Made by a program: the position numbers and the translations under genes. Below the pieces are notes generated by a model. The model did no database searches. It had not been told where the DNA came from and saw only the letters and a program-made list of their open reading frames with translations. A DNA stretch of 39,197 bases from a virus. Location of the stretch: the IMG/VR virus record IMGVR_UViG_3300027944_000097. One strand, written 5' to 3'. Shown here piece by piece: positions 24,730 through 33,044 of this stretch; position 1 is the first letter of the stretch; each line of letters opens with the position of its first letter.

Positions 24730-26040
24730 TTACATACCGGCGCCCCAAGTGATGCCGGTACCCACAGAGATCGACTCGACGTGACGCGGGCCAAAGTCGT
24801 GCTTGCTGATCACGCGGATCAGTGTCTGGTCGCGCTGGAACGCGCTGACCGTATTGCCGGCGCCGTCCTTGTAAGACGCCTCGGTGCTGATCGCAATCGC
24901 CAACGTGGTGTCTTCACCGATGTAGCAATCGGCGAAGTTCACGAAGTAAATCTCCGACTCGTTACCACCAACGCCCAGGTTGACCGGAACCTGAGTCGTA
25001 AGAGCCACTGGATAGCCCTTCAACATGCCACCGTCGATTTCCGGGTAGGCCTTGTTGCCGTTGCCGTCGCGCAACGATTGCAGCCAGCGAATGGTGCGTG
25101 GCGCCATGATCCAGCCGCACCCGGCCAGATCCACGTTGGCAGCTTCCAGACGCAGCATCATTCCGCCCAGGTACAGGTCAACGATGGTAAGCGTTGCGCC
25201 CGCAGGCGCACCCATCACGTTCCCGGGCAAAGCCCAGTAGCGCAGCCCTTTTGGCAACGACCCGGTACCAGCACCGCGGATGAAATGAAGATCTTCCGAC
25301 AAGCCCATGCTGACCGCTAGATCGCTGCTGACCTGGGCGTCGATGCGCGGATTGACGCCCGCATAAGCCAACAGGTCATTGGAGATCGGCACGATCGCGG
25401 CGGCTTTCTTGGCGGAAAGCTTGAGATCGCCGAACTGCATTTCAGTGATCGCAATGTCCTCTTCGGTACCCAGGTAGGTCACCTGAGTGTTGCCCAGGAC
25501 ACGGGGCATGGTCAGGTTGCCGTTATTCAACGGCAGGCTGATTGCGCCCATCTTGCGCACTACAGACTTCGGCCGCAGCGATTCGATGACACTGGTGCTG
25601 AAGTTCTCTGGCACCAACACACCGCCGGATCCAGGGGTAACAGTAGAAAGCGCCATGTGCACATCGGCACCGTATCCGCCCGTCTTGGCCATCTCGGCAG
25701 CGACCTGCTGATTGCCGCCGGCCTGGACCATCAGACGCACCATTTGCGCCATCGCCACACCAGGCTTCGTAGGTTCGCTATGGGTGCTGATGTGCGTGGG
25801 GGAGCCTTTATTGCCCTGCGCACTTTCCTCGACAGGCACCGCCGTTGCCGCCGCGATACGCTCTGCACTTTCTGCGCGAGTAATCTTCGCGGTCATTTCG
25901 TTGATCTGGTTTTCCAGTTGCGCAAACTGCGCAAGCTGCTCGACGGTGAGGCTAGCGCCACCTGCCTCGATCTGGGCTAATGCCTGGACCTGGGTCACGA
26001 GCTGGGCGCGTTCGCTACGCATTTGAAGTACAAGGGACAT
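24730..26040 (-). CDS. Major capsid protein, HK97 family, with an N-terminal delta (scaffold-like) domain
   Basis: 436 aa. An N-terminal coiled coil of about 100 aa is followed by a typical HK97-fold sequence. The gene follows the prohead protease gene. Confidence 0.85.
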   Translation of the reverse strand: MSLVLQMRSERAQLVTQVQALAQIEAGGASLTVEQLAQFAQLENQINEMTAKITRAESAERIAAATAVPVEESAQGNKGSPTHISTHSEPTKPGVAMAQMVRLMVQAGGNQQVAAEMAKTGGYGADVHMALSTVTPGSGGVLVPENFSTSVIESLRPKSVVRKMGAISLPLNNGNLTMPRVLGNTQVTYLGTEEDIAITEMQFGDLKLSAKKAAAIVPISNDLLAYAGVNPRIDAQVSSDLAVSMGLSEDLHFIRGAGTGSLPKGLRYWALPGNVMGAPAGATLTIVDLYLGGMMLRLEAANVDLAGCGWIMAPRTIRWLQSLRDGNGNKAYPEIDGGMLKGYPVALTTQVPVNLGVGGNESEIYFVNFADCYIGEDTTLAIAISTEASYKDGAGNTVSAFQRDQTLIRVISKHDFGPRHVESISVGTGITWGAGM

Positions 26041-26056
26041 GGTGCCTCCTGGGCAT

Positions 26057-26079
26057 TAAAAAACCCGCACATGGCGGGC
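26057..26079 (-). terminator. Terminator-like hairpin between the protease and capsid genes
   Basis: The minus strand reads gcccgc-catgt-gcgggt followed by tttttt. Confidence 0.5.
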
Positions 26080-26102
26080 TTCGACGAGTGCCGCGAACGC
26101 GG

Positions 26103-27047
26103 TCAGCTCAGTGTTTGAAGATTCAGTGCAGCGGCACGGACCGCGATGCGACCGCCCTGGCGATTTGCCCGGCTCAACGCAACGGAGTGGGAAAGGTCAT
26201 CAACCGCCTGTTGCGGGCTCTGCATGCGGTCAGCCAGGCCGGCGCTGATGCCCGCCTGCCCACGATATAGCCCCGCCTCCGTCGCCACGACCTGCTGTAC
26301 AGACAGCCCCCGGTACTCAGCAACCGCATTTACGAAGAGCTGATAGCTCTCTTGCACGACGTCGTTGAGGTATTTAAGCGACTGATCGCTCAAGGGTTCG
26401 TGGGGACTGAGGTCGTTTTTGTGAGCACCGGCAAACACCGTGGTCACCTTGACTCCCATCCCCTCCTCCATCTTGGACCGGTCCATGTGGCTAGCGGTGA
26501 CGCCGATGGAGCCGACACCGCTGGTCTGGCTCACCACCAGTTCACTACAGGCCGATCCCAGCAGGTAGCCGCCACTGTAGGCCATGAAGTTCACGATGCC
26601 GGTGATCGGCTTCTGCTGGGCCATTGCGCGGATATCTGCCGCCAACTCAAACGCCCCCACGGCAGAACCGCCGGGACTGTCGATGTCCAGCACTATCCGC
26701 TCGACCATGGGATCAGCAACGGCGTTTCGGATTTGCCCCCGCAACTGCTCGTAGCTGGTCATCGTTTCGCACATACCGATATGGCTTCCGCGACTGACCA
26801 GTACACCGCTAACGGGGATCACCTCGATACCGGTGCGAGCGATCGCGGTGCGGCGTTCCTCTTCACGCTGGGCGATGCGGTCCATACCATCGTCCGACCA
26901 AAGGCCCGCAGCTCCCGTGGCGCCGATGTTGACGATGTTCAGACTCATAACCTGGTTGGCCCAGCGAACGCCCAGATCCAACATATCGGGCATCACCAGC
27001 AGCGGCTGATTGAACAGTAGACTTGAGGCTCTCAAGTAGTTTTTCAT
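26103..27047 (-). CDS. Prohead maturation protease, S49 (SppA/ClpP-like) family
   Basis: Contains IVLDIDSPGGSAVGAFELAD and FMAYSGGYLLGSA (serine nucleophile region). The gene lies between the portal and capsid genes. Confidence 0.8.
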   Translation of the reverse strand: MKNYLRASSLLFNQPLLVMPDMLDLGVRWANQVMSLNIVNIGATGAAGLWSDDGMDRIAQREEERRTAIARTGIEVIPVSGVLVSRGSHIGMCETMTSYEQLRGQIRNAVADPMVERIVLDIDSPGGSAVGAFELAADIRAMAQQKPITGIVNFMAYSGGYLLGSACSELVVSQTSGVGSIGVTASHMDRSKMEEGMGVKVTTVFAGAHKNDLSPHEPLSDQSLKYLNDVVQESYQLFVNAVAEYRGLSVQQVVATEAGLYRGQAGISAGLADRMQSPQQAVDDLSHSVALSRANRQGGRIAVRAAALNLQTLS

Positions 27048-28315
27048 TGCGCCAGAATCCTCTCGATTTCCGCGTGCTGCATTTCAAGTTGAGCGCGCAC
27101 AGCGGGATTAGTCAGGTCGGCACCGGATTTACCCGCATCCACCATGTTGAGTGGTTGCAAGTAAATTTCGCCACCAGATACCGGCGGCATGTTTTCCAGG
27201 CGCCGGATGTCGTTGACGCTGAGCCAGCCCCATTGCCGTCCGATGGCATAGGCTTCGTAGCGGCTCTTTTGATCGCCACGCAACAACCCGGAGAGGTTGA
27301 ATTCGATGAAGTAGTTGCGCCGGTCAGCAGGCAACAAGAAATCGCGCATCATCGACTGTTCGTGACGCTTGACCCACGGCAACAACGCGAACACCACGAA
27401 CTGAATCATCAGTTGCTCTAAGGTGTTGTAGTTGGACTTCTCAAGGTCGTTGACCATGGGCAATGGGATCTTGTAGATCCGGGCGATATCGGTACCGGTG
27501 GTTTTAAGGATCCCCAGCACCTCGGCATCGACGTTGTTCATGGAGACAGGTTTGAAGGTCATCCCCTCTTGCAACAACGCAACCTTCTTGGCGTTGTCCA
27601 TACCACCGAACTTTTGGCCCCACTGGTCGACGATTTTGTCGATGCTGCTCTGGTCCTTGATAGCGGGCGATTCCCGCGGGCGCTCGATTACTCCGGAAAC
27701 CGTCACGCCGTTGGCGAAGCTCTTGCCCGTGTATTGCCTGACGGCCTGAGCAAGCCCCAGGGATTCGGCGTGCACCTCAATCGGCGACAGGCCCACGTAG
27801 TGGTTCGTACTAAACCACCGCACGTGGTGGACCAGGCGCATCGGCAGCGCCTCGCCGCCTCCGACTCGATAGTACGGCAGCATGTCGCCGCCCTTAAGAA
27901 CCTGCACTTTGTCATTGCACAGCGGCCAGAGCGCCACAATATTGCCGTCGTCCCGCCGGTCGATGAAGCTGTAACCATTGCCACGCAATCCGGCGGCGCC
28001 CTGCATGCATTCCATGAATTCGTACGGAGTCTGAAATCCGTTCGGCTGGTACCGGAGCACGTCATAGGCCGGATGGTTGATCGCGGCTTCCCGCTGGCCG
28101 TTGCCTAACCGTTTGTACATATCACAAGGCAGTTGCCCCATCGTCTCGGCCAGCAGCGTGACACAGTTCTGCAGGATCGGCAGGCCTAAGGCTGACTCCG
28201 GTGTGACCTTCACCCCTGAGCTGTTTCGCCCGCTACCAATCAGCCCGCGCCAAAAACCGCTCTTCGTTTCTGTGAGGTTGCCGCGCCCATCGCCAAGCAC
28301 GCTTGAAAAGAACAT
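27044..28315 (-). CDS. Portal protein, HK97 family
   Basis: About 423 aa. The ATG at 28315 is preceded by aaaggagg with a 6-nt spacer; the track's TTG is at 28321. The gene follows terminase. Confidence 0.85.
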   Translation of the reverse strand: MFFSSVLGDGRGNLTETKSGFWRGLIGSGRNSSGVKVTPESALGLPILQNCVTLLAETMGQLPCDMYKRLGNGQREAAINHPAYDVLRYQPNGFQTPYEFMECMQGAAGLRGNGYSFIDRRDDGNIVALWPLCNDKVQVLKGGDMLPYYRVGGGEALPMRLVHHVRWFSTNHYVGLSPIEVHAESLGLAQAVRQYTGKSFANGVTVSGVIERPRESPAIKDQSSIDKIVDQWGQKFGGMDNAKKVALLQEGMTFKPVSMNNVDAEVLGILKTTGTDIARIYKIPLPMVNDLEKSNYNTLEQLMIQFVVFALLPWVKRHEQSMMRDFLLPADRRNYFIEFNLSGLLRGDQKSRYEAYAIGRQWGWLSVNDIRRLENMPPVSGGEIYLQPLNMVDAGKSGADLTNPAVRAQLEMQHAEIERILAQ

Positions 28316-28317
28316 GC

Positions 28318-28497
28318 TCAACCTCCTTTGGGTTTAGGTTTCAGCGCAGCGGCGGCACGATCCGCCAGTCGGGACCAGGCCATTAACCCAACACCCGCAA
28401 CAACACACGCGGCAGGAACGTGAACCATTGCCACACCGCCGACCAACAGGCCAAAGCCCAGCAGCCCTGCCACCCAGGACAGGATGACCAACTTCAT
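28318..28497 (-). CDS. Small two-helix membrane protein (59 aa; below the ORF-track length cut-off)
   Basis: Hand translation gives MKLVILSWVAGLLGFGLLVGGVAMVHVPAACVVAGVGLMAWSRLADRAAAALKPKPKGG. The ATG overlaps the TerL stop region and the stop lies 2 nt before the portal ATG. The listed 28334..28516 frame looks spurious by comparison. Confidence 0.45.
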   Translation of the reverse strand: MKLVILSWVAGLLGFGLLVGGVAMVHVPAACVVAGVGLMAWSRLADRAAAALKPKPKGG

Positions 28498-30332
28498 ATG
28501 CCAACCCCTTCGTCATAGACAGATGTGCCGCCGCCCACCGCGGCCTTGCCGCTGATGCCGGTAGCCATGATTGCGGCGACGATGCCGTCGATACGGCCGG
28601 TCGCCTTTGCCTTGTCGGCCTTGCGGTTGCTGGCTGGGTCAGAAACGATCACCGCGTTGCCGGCGTTCCAGGTCATCACCGGGTTGCCGTCATGTCGGAG
28701 GGTTTCGACTGTCTCGCTTTCGATCAGCTCCCACTCGCCGGGATCCAGGTCAATAACGTCGTCGCCCTTGGCCTGAGGAGAAAGGCCCAGCAGGCGCCGC
28801 TCAAACTCATCGACGGCGGGCCCCATGTCTTTGAACCCTTGGCCGAACCCCACCATTTCGGGCAGCGTAATGTCGTATTCCGACATCAGTTGCAGCAGGT
28901 CTTCGATCCGCCAGCGGTCGTACGCGATACGCTCTACGCCGAAATACGCCGTGATCGTGACAAGACGGCGCAACACATGGAGTTTGCTGATAGCCCGCCC
29001 AGGTGTTGTTTCGAGGTGACCGGCCTTGACCCACATTGCATAAGGCACCTTGTCGCGATCTTCCCGGCCTTGCAGGTCGTCGTCCGGGATCCAGAAGTAC
29101 GGCAAGATTCTCCAGTGCGGATCGTGCGCCGCCGGCCAAAACAACAGAACGAACGCCGTCAAGTCCGTTGTACTTGCGAGGTCGAGCCCGCCGACGCAAC
29201 GACGATTGCGCAACATCCGCATCGGCACACGCTCTTCCGCCTGCTTCCAAACCGCCCAGGAAATCCATGGGGCGTCCGCCTGAGTCCACTCACAGAAGTT
29301 CAGGCGCCGCACTACCGACTCTTGAGCCGGCAGCCCTCGGGCGGCCTTGACCTGTTCACGCAGGTACTTGCGCCCGGGGATGCCATCAGTCTGGCCGGCG
29401 GCGATGTGGTCGAGCGAGGGGTTGACCTTCGCCCAGCAGCTTTCGTCCTTGAACGGATCGTCGCCTTCGTCGAGCGAACAGATGAAAGCGAAGAAGCTGT
29501 CGTCATCTTCGATGCCCGCGCAGATGCGCACGCCCAGATCGTGATACTGGCCGCATACCGTTTTCTTGTCGGAGCCGCTGTTGGTGATCATCACCACCAT
29601 AGCCTTGCGGCGGTTCTTGGTACCGGCACGCATCATGTTCACGGTGGCGGCGGTTTTGTGCTCGTGCACCTCATCAAGCAAACCGATGTGTGGCCGCGGG
29701 CCTGACTTTCCTTCGTCGGCACTGATCGGCCGGAAGAACGAATTGGTATTGGGGTAAAACAGGTTCCATACCTTTTCGTCGCGCCCCGACTGCACCAGGC
29801 GTGAGCGGAGCTTCTTGGACATGTCGACCATCGACACGGCGTCACGAAACAGGATCATCGCCTGGTCACGTTTGGTCGCAGCGGCATAGATCTCGGCGCG
29901 CTGTTCGCCATCAGACACGAGGCCATACAGACCAATACCGGCCACTAGCGGGCTTTTGCCGGAGCCCTTTCCGGTTTCGATGTAACCCAACCGGAACCGG
30001 CGAAACCCGTCTACCGTCATCCAGCCGAACAAACTGCCGATGACGAACGCTTGCCACGGGGCCAGTAGGAAGGGCATGCCTTCGTAGTCGCCGCCGTTGA
30101 GGCATAGCACCTCTTCGAAAAAGCCGATGGCTCGGTTGGCTTTGGCAAGATCCCAGATTAGACCGCGAGACGGCCCGTGTTGCAGGTCCTGCAAATGCCG
30201 CTTGCAGGCATTGCGGACATCGGGCCCGGCGACTAGCTCGCCGGCCAGCACCCTAAGGGCGAACGCGCTGACACGATCATCAGTTGAAGTACTTGTCTGC
30301 GGCGTCTCGTTGCTCATTTGGGAATAGCTCAC
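28494..30332 (-). CDS. terL: Terminase large subunit
   Basis: 612 aa with a Walker-A-like GYIETGKGSGKSPL and a Walker-B-like IGLLDEVHE. The C-terminal part is nuclease-like. The gene is flanked by TerS and portal. Confidence 0.9.
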   Translation of the reverse strand: MSYSQMSNETPQTSTSTDDRVSAFALRVLAGELVAGPDVRNACKRHLQDLQHGPSRGLIWDLAKANRAIGFFEEVLCLNGGDYEGMPFLLAPWQAFVIGSLFGWMTVDGFRRFRLGYIETGKGSGKSPLVAGIGLYGLVSDGEQRAEIYAAATKRDQAMILFRDAVSMVDMSKKLRSRLVQSGRDEKVWNLFYPNTNSFFRPISADEGKSGPRPHIGLLDEVHEHKTAATVNMMRAGTKNRRKAMVVMITNSGSDKKTVCGQYHDLGVRICAGIEDDDSFFAFICSLDEGDDPFKDESCWAKVNPSLDHIAAGQTDGIPGRKYLREQVKAARGLPAQESVVRRLNFCEWTQADAPWISWAVWKQAEERVPMRMLRNRRCVGGLDLASTTDLTAFVLLFWPAAHDPHWRILPYFWIPDDDLQGREDRDKVPYAMWVKAGHLETTPGRAISKLHVLRRLVTITAYFGVERIAYDRWRIEDLLQLMSEYDITLPEMVGFGQGFKDMGPAVDEFERRLLGLSPQAKGDDVIDLDPGEWELIESETVETLRHDGNPVMTWNAGNAVIVSDPASNRKADKAKATGRIDGIVAAIMATGISGKAAVGGGTSVYDEGVGI

Positions 30333-30813
30333 CTTGCGGCGCCGGCGACGTTTTCAGATTGCGCCGTGACATAGGCGACAGGCCAAACTGGGCGCCGGCG
30401 GTGTTGGCGCGCTTTTCGGCGTCATTCGCAAGCTGGCGAAGGACGTGCATTTGCTGCGCGCCGGTTTTGAAGGTCTGGATGTCGCCGCCCAGGTCATCAT
30501 CGGAAGCTTGGTTGCGCTTCGTGATTAGCCGCTGGTACCGCCTCCAATCAGCGGTCGCCTGGCAGTAGGTCGCCAACGCCATCGAGTCCAACTTAGAAAC
30601 GATGCCCAGCGAGATCAGCGCCGGTACCAGTTGTTCCCACTCCGCGACTGCATCAGCCGAAAGGACATCCGGCATCGGCGGTGCGCCAACTGGGACCAAC
30701 GGCGCCGCGACTTCGGCCAGCAGATCGCTGACATTTTCGCGACCACGGTTTCCTTGCAATAATTTCAGCGCCGCCGGCGTTCCGGGGCGACCTGAGTTTC
30801 CGTTTCCGGCCAT
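30280..30813 (-). CDS. terS: Terminase small subunit, P27 family
   Basis: From the ATG at 30813, the sequence MAGNGNSGRPGTPAALKLLQGNRGR is the typical P27-family N-terminus. Confidence 0.8.
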   Translation of the reverse strand: MAGNGNSGRPGTPAALKLLQGNRGRENVSDLLAEVAAPLVPVGAPPMPDVLSADAVAEWEQLVPALISLGIVSKLDSMALATYCQATADWRRYQRLITKRNQASDDDLGGDIQTFKTGAQQMHVLRQLANDAEKRANTAGAQFGLSPMSRRNLKTSPAPQGELFPNEQRDAADKYFN

Positions 30814-30966
30814 AAAACAACCCCTTACCTGTTGATACCCCCCCTCCCTCATTTTTCCCGACTTTGCGTAAAGAGGGGGGCGAGCGGTCTAGAAGGAAGT
30901 CCAAACGAAAGTTTTTCACCCCCCCTCCCCTCAGGGTGCGCTTTTTTGGTGCGTTTTCGACTGAGG
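30814..30966. other. Candidate cos / packaging-recognition region between HNH and terS
   Basis: 153-bp non-coding gap. Direct repeats ccccccctccctca (30838-30851) and ccccccctcccctca (30920-30934). An inverted gaggggggc at 30873-30881. A duplicated ggtgcg(c)tttt with T/A tracts at 30935-30958. Confidence 0.45.
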
Positions 30967-31335
30967 TCATCGATTCCAGTGGTGCCCGGGGTCCACCGGG
31001 CGACCGTCAGCGTTGCAGCCAGGGACCGAACCAGTCCGCTCCATCCGTTGCTTCGTCGAGTCGTGGCAGAACTTACAGAGGCTCGCCCAGTTCTTCGGGT
31101 TCCAGAACAGCTTCCACGCAGCCTTGAGCTGCGCCGGATCACCGCTATCCTTGGCATCCTTCAGCTTGGGGGCAATCTTGTGGTCGACGACAGTTGCCGC
31201 CACAGGCCGAAGGTCAGTCGAACACATCGTGCAATACGGGTTCTCACGCAGGTGTCCATCGCGAGACTTCTGCCACTTGTACCCATAGCCGCGTTCGGTG
31301 CTGCTCCCTCTGCGCTCATCTGATACCCGGCTCAT
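30967..31335 (-). CDS. HNH endonuclease (packaging-associated)
   Basis: From the ATG at 31335, the sequence is MSRVSDERRGSSTERGYGYKWQKSRDGHLRENPYCTMC....VDHK......N..SLCKFCHDSK. It carries Cys pairs and HNH His/Asn residues. Its position next to terS/terL is as in HK97-type cos phages. Confidence 0.8.
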   Translation of the reverse strand: MSRVSDERRGSSTERGYGYKWQKSRDGHLRENPYCTMCSTDLRPVAATVVDHKIAPKLKDAKDSGDPAQLKAAWKLFWNPKNWASLCKFCHDSTKQRMERTGSVPGCNADGRPVDPGHHWNR

Positions 31336-31625
31336 TAACCCATCTTCCAAACACGCGCCAGATTCCCTGCACTCTGGCAGACCGAACCTACGAACACGGC
31401 CAGCAACAGAACCAACGGCCAAGAATTTGCAGGCATCACCAACAGCCCCTTGCCGATGTACACCACGGCAGACCCGGCGGCGACCATCACCAACCAGGCG
31501 AGACAGCTCATGTCCCGACGGAACCGGGCACCACGACGACGGAACGTGAACAAGCGGACGAACAAAGCAACGCACAGCCAGAACGTGGCCTGCGTCATGA
31601 TTTGCGGTACCAGAGGACTATCCAT
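31335..31625 (-). CDS. Holin-like small membrane protein (second of a pair)
   Basis: 96 aa from the ATG at 31625, with 3 hydrophobic segments. The start overlaps the upstream stop by 8 nt, and the stop overlaps the HNH start (TAATG). Confidence 0.45.
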   Translation of the reverse strand: MDSPLVPQIMTQATFWLCVALFVRLFTFRRRGARFRRDMSCLAWLVMVAAGSAVVYIGKGLLVMPANSWPLVLLLAVFVGSVCQSAGNLARVWKMG

Positions 31626-31971
31626 CCTGCCTCCCTTGCTGTTCAGCAATGAGGCCGCGCCGCTTGATGACAGCCAGCGCGACAGTAACCACCACAACCG
31701 ACGCACCAAACGCGGCCGGCCCGGTGTACTTGAATGGCCTGGTACCGAACAGCTCAACTTCAGCCATACCAGGGGCGAACATGTAGCCCATCACGAAGGA
31801 AACCAGCAAGAACAGAACGCGCTTCCAGACAGGCAACTCTTCCGTGGTGGTGAAGAACACCAGCGAGCCAGCCAATGCACCAATAACGGCGAGCATGTCG
31901 ACACCCGCCAACAGGCCAGTTGCAGCCAGCCCTACACCACCGGCCACGACAACAGTTGCCGGCTCACTCAT
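31618..31971 (-). CDS. Holin-like membrane protein (first late gene)
   Basis: 117 aa from the ATG at 31971, which has ggagtaatcagc upstream. It has 3-4 hydrophobic helices and a charged C-terminus (KRRGLIAEQQGRQDG). It is the first ORF after the post-Q terminator. Confidence 0.45.
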   Translation of the reverse strand: MSEPATVVVAGGVGLAATGLLAGVDMLAVIGALAGSLVFFTTTEELPVWKRVLFLLVSFVMGYMFAPGMAEVELFGTRPFKYTGPAAFGASVVVVTVALAVIKRRGLIAEQQGRQDG

Positions 31972-32005
31972 GCTGATTACTCCATCGCAGACACCCAAGG
32001 GGCCG

Positions 32006-32033
32006 AAAATAAAAACCCCGCCGAAGCGGGGTT
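32006..32033 (-). terminator. Strong intrinsic terminator between the Q-like gene and the late operon (tR'-like)
   Basis: The minus strand reads aaccccgc-ttcg-gcggggtt followed by tttttatttt. Confidence 0.85.
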
Positions 32034-32230
32034 AGGTGACCGGCCCAGGGTGGCCGGGTGAAGCTGCACAGCACGTGCGAGGGAAGCGCCGGGGCGCAAA
32101 TTCCATATCTTGGGGACTTTTTACCTGTCTCCGGAAAAACCGAAAAGGGGTAGTTTTCGGTTGGTTAACTCGACGCAACTTTGACGCACTTTGAGGCGGA
32201 CATGAGGCAACAAGGCCAGACGAACGGCAG

Positions 32231-32719
32231 CTAGCAAGTCCTGACCCGCGCAACGCTGGAAGCCCTCGTAAGATCAGTCTCCGCCGACTTCAAGCGCCGG
32301 TTCCGTGCCCGCGGCGGCGCACTTCGCGCAGTCAGGATCACCAGAACCTGCTGATGCAGGGCGTGAACCCAGTTTCGATACGTCCGATCCGCATCCTCGC
32401 CCAGGCCCAACAGTGGCAACTGAGATCGGACCGACCAGGCCGGGCGAGGCAGGTAACGATTACGAGCAAGGACAACAAGCAGTGCTCCCTTCTCCGATTG
32501 GCGCTCAAGTTGTGCCAGGGCGGCGGCGACTTCAAGCGCCGCGTGGTCCATTCCTCTCCCAGACGCCATCAGCAAATCGCGAGATCCCGGGGTGGCACGC
32601 GGGGCACAGCCGCCCCACTCCATGATCGTTGCCATCGGGCTACCCAGCCCGCCACCTTCACCTACCTGATTGCATTGGTTGCCCCAATGCAGCAGCAGAT
32701 CTTCGACTCCCTCAATCAT
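32231..32719 (-). CDS. Antitermination protein Q-like late regulator
   Basis: 162 aa. The N-terminus LLHWGNQ...MEWGG and the central EVAAALAQL.....ALLVVLARNRYL resemble Phage_antitermQ proteins as I recall them (LERWGAW.., ..LLVDYYV..). The position is directly upstream of a leader-plus-terminator and the late genes. Confidence 0.5.
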   Translation of the reverse strand: MIEGVEDLLLHWGNQCNQVGEGGGLGSPMATIMEWGGCAPRATPGSRDLLMASGRGMDHAALEVAAALAQLERQSEKGALLVVLARNRYLPRPAWSVRSQLPLLGLGEDADRTYRNWVHALHQQVLVILTARSAPPRARNRRLKSAETDLTRASSVARVRTC

Positions 32720-32764
32720 CGCCCTTCCCCCTGAAAAACCAAACCCGACACAAAAAACACTCTA

Positions 32765-33032
32765 CCCAACACAAACCCAACACACCCAAAGGCCTTTAAA
32801 TTCAATGGCTTTAAATAAGATGTGTTGAGTGTGTTGGGTGTGTTGGGTTGAATGGTCCTCGCATAAGAAAAAAACATCTCTGTCGTGGCTTCTAATAACG
32901 TCGCCCATGCGCGTGCGCGACGCCAAACCCAACACACCCAACACACAGGCCGCAAAGCCCCGGAATAGAACGCCTTAAACTGTGTGGGGTATCGAAAACC
33001 AACCCAACACACACCCAACACACCCAACACAC
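32765..33032. repeat. Iteron cluster (CCCAACAC(A), at least 9 copies in both orientations) with an AT-rich patch; putative replication origin
   Basis: Direct copies start at 32765, 32776, 32928, 32937, 33003, 33014 and 33023. Inverted copies (gtgttggg) lie within 32821-32850, and a degenerate copy is near 32980. AT-rich stretches occur at 32790-32820 (tttaaattcaatggctttaaataag) and 32866-32880. Confidence 0.6.
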
Positions 33033-33044
33033 TTTTGGACGGAT

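Noticed and set aside
28334-28516. Listed 60-aa minus-strand ORF between terL and the portal gene.
   Set aside because: The translation is Gly/Arg/Cys-rich and nonsense-like. A different frame (28318..28497) gives a coherent two-helix membrane protein with coupling to both neighbours.
32034-32230. Searched the late-leader region for PrtN-type P-box repeats (ATTG-N3-GT-N3 arrays) that would link the PrtN-like activator to late transcription.
   Set aside because: No such array is visible. Only a duplicated CAAAGT(T)GCGT is present, so no PrtN target can be proposed from the sequence.
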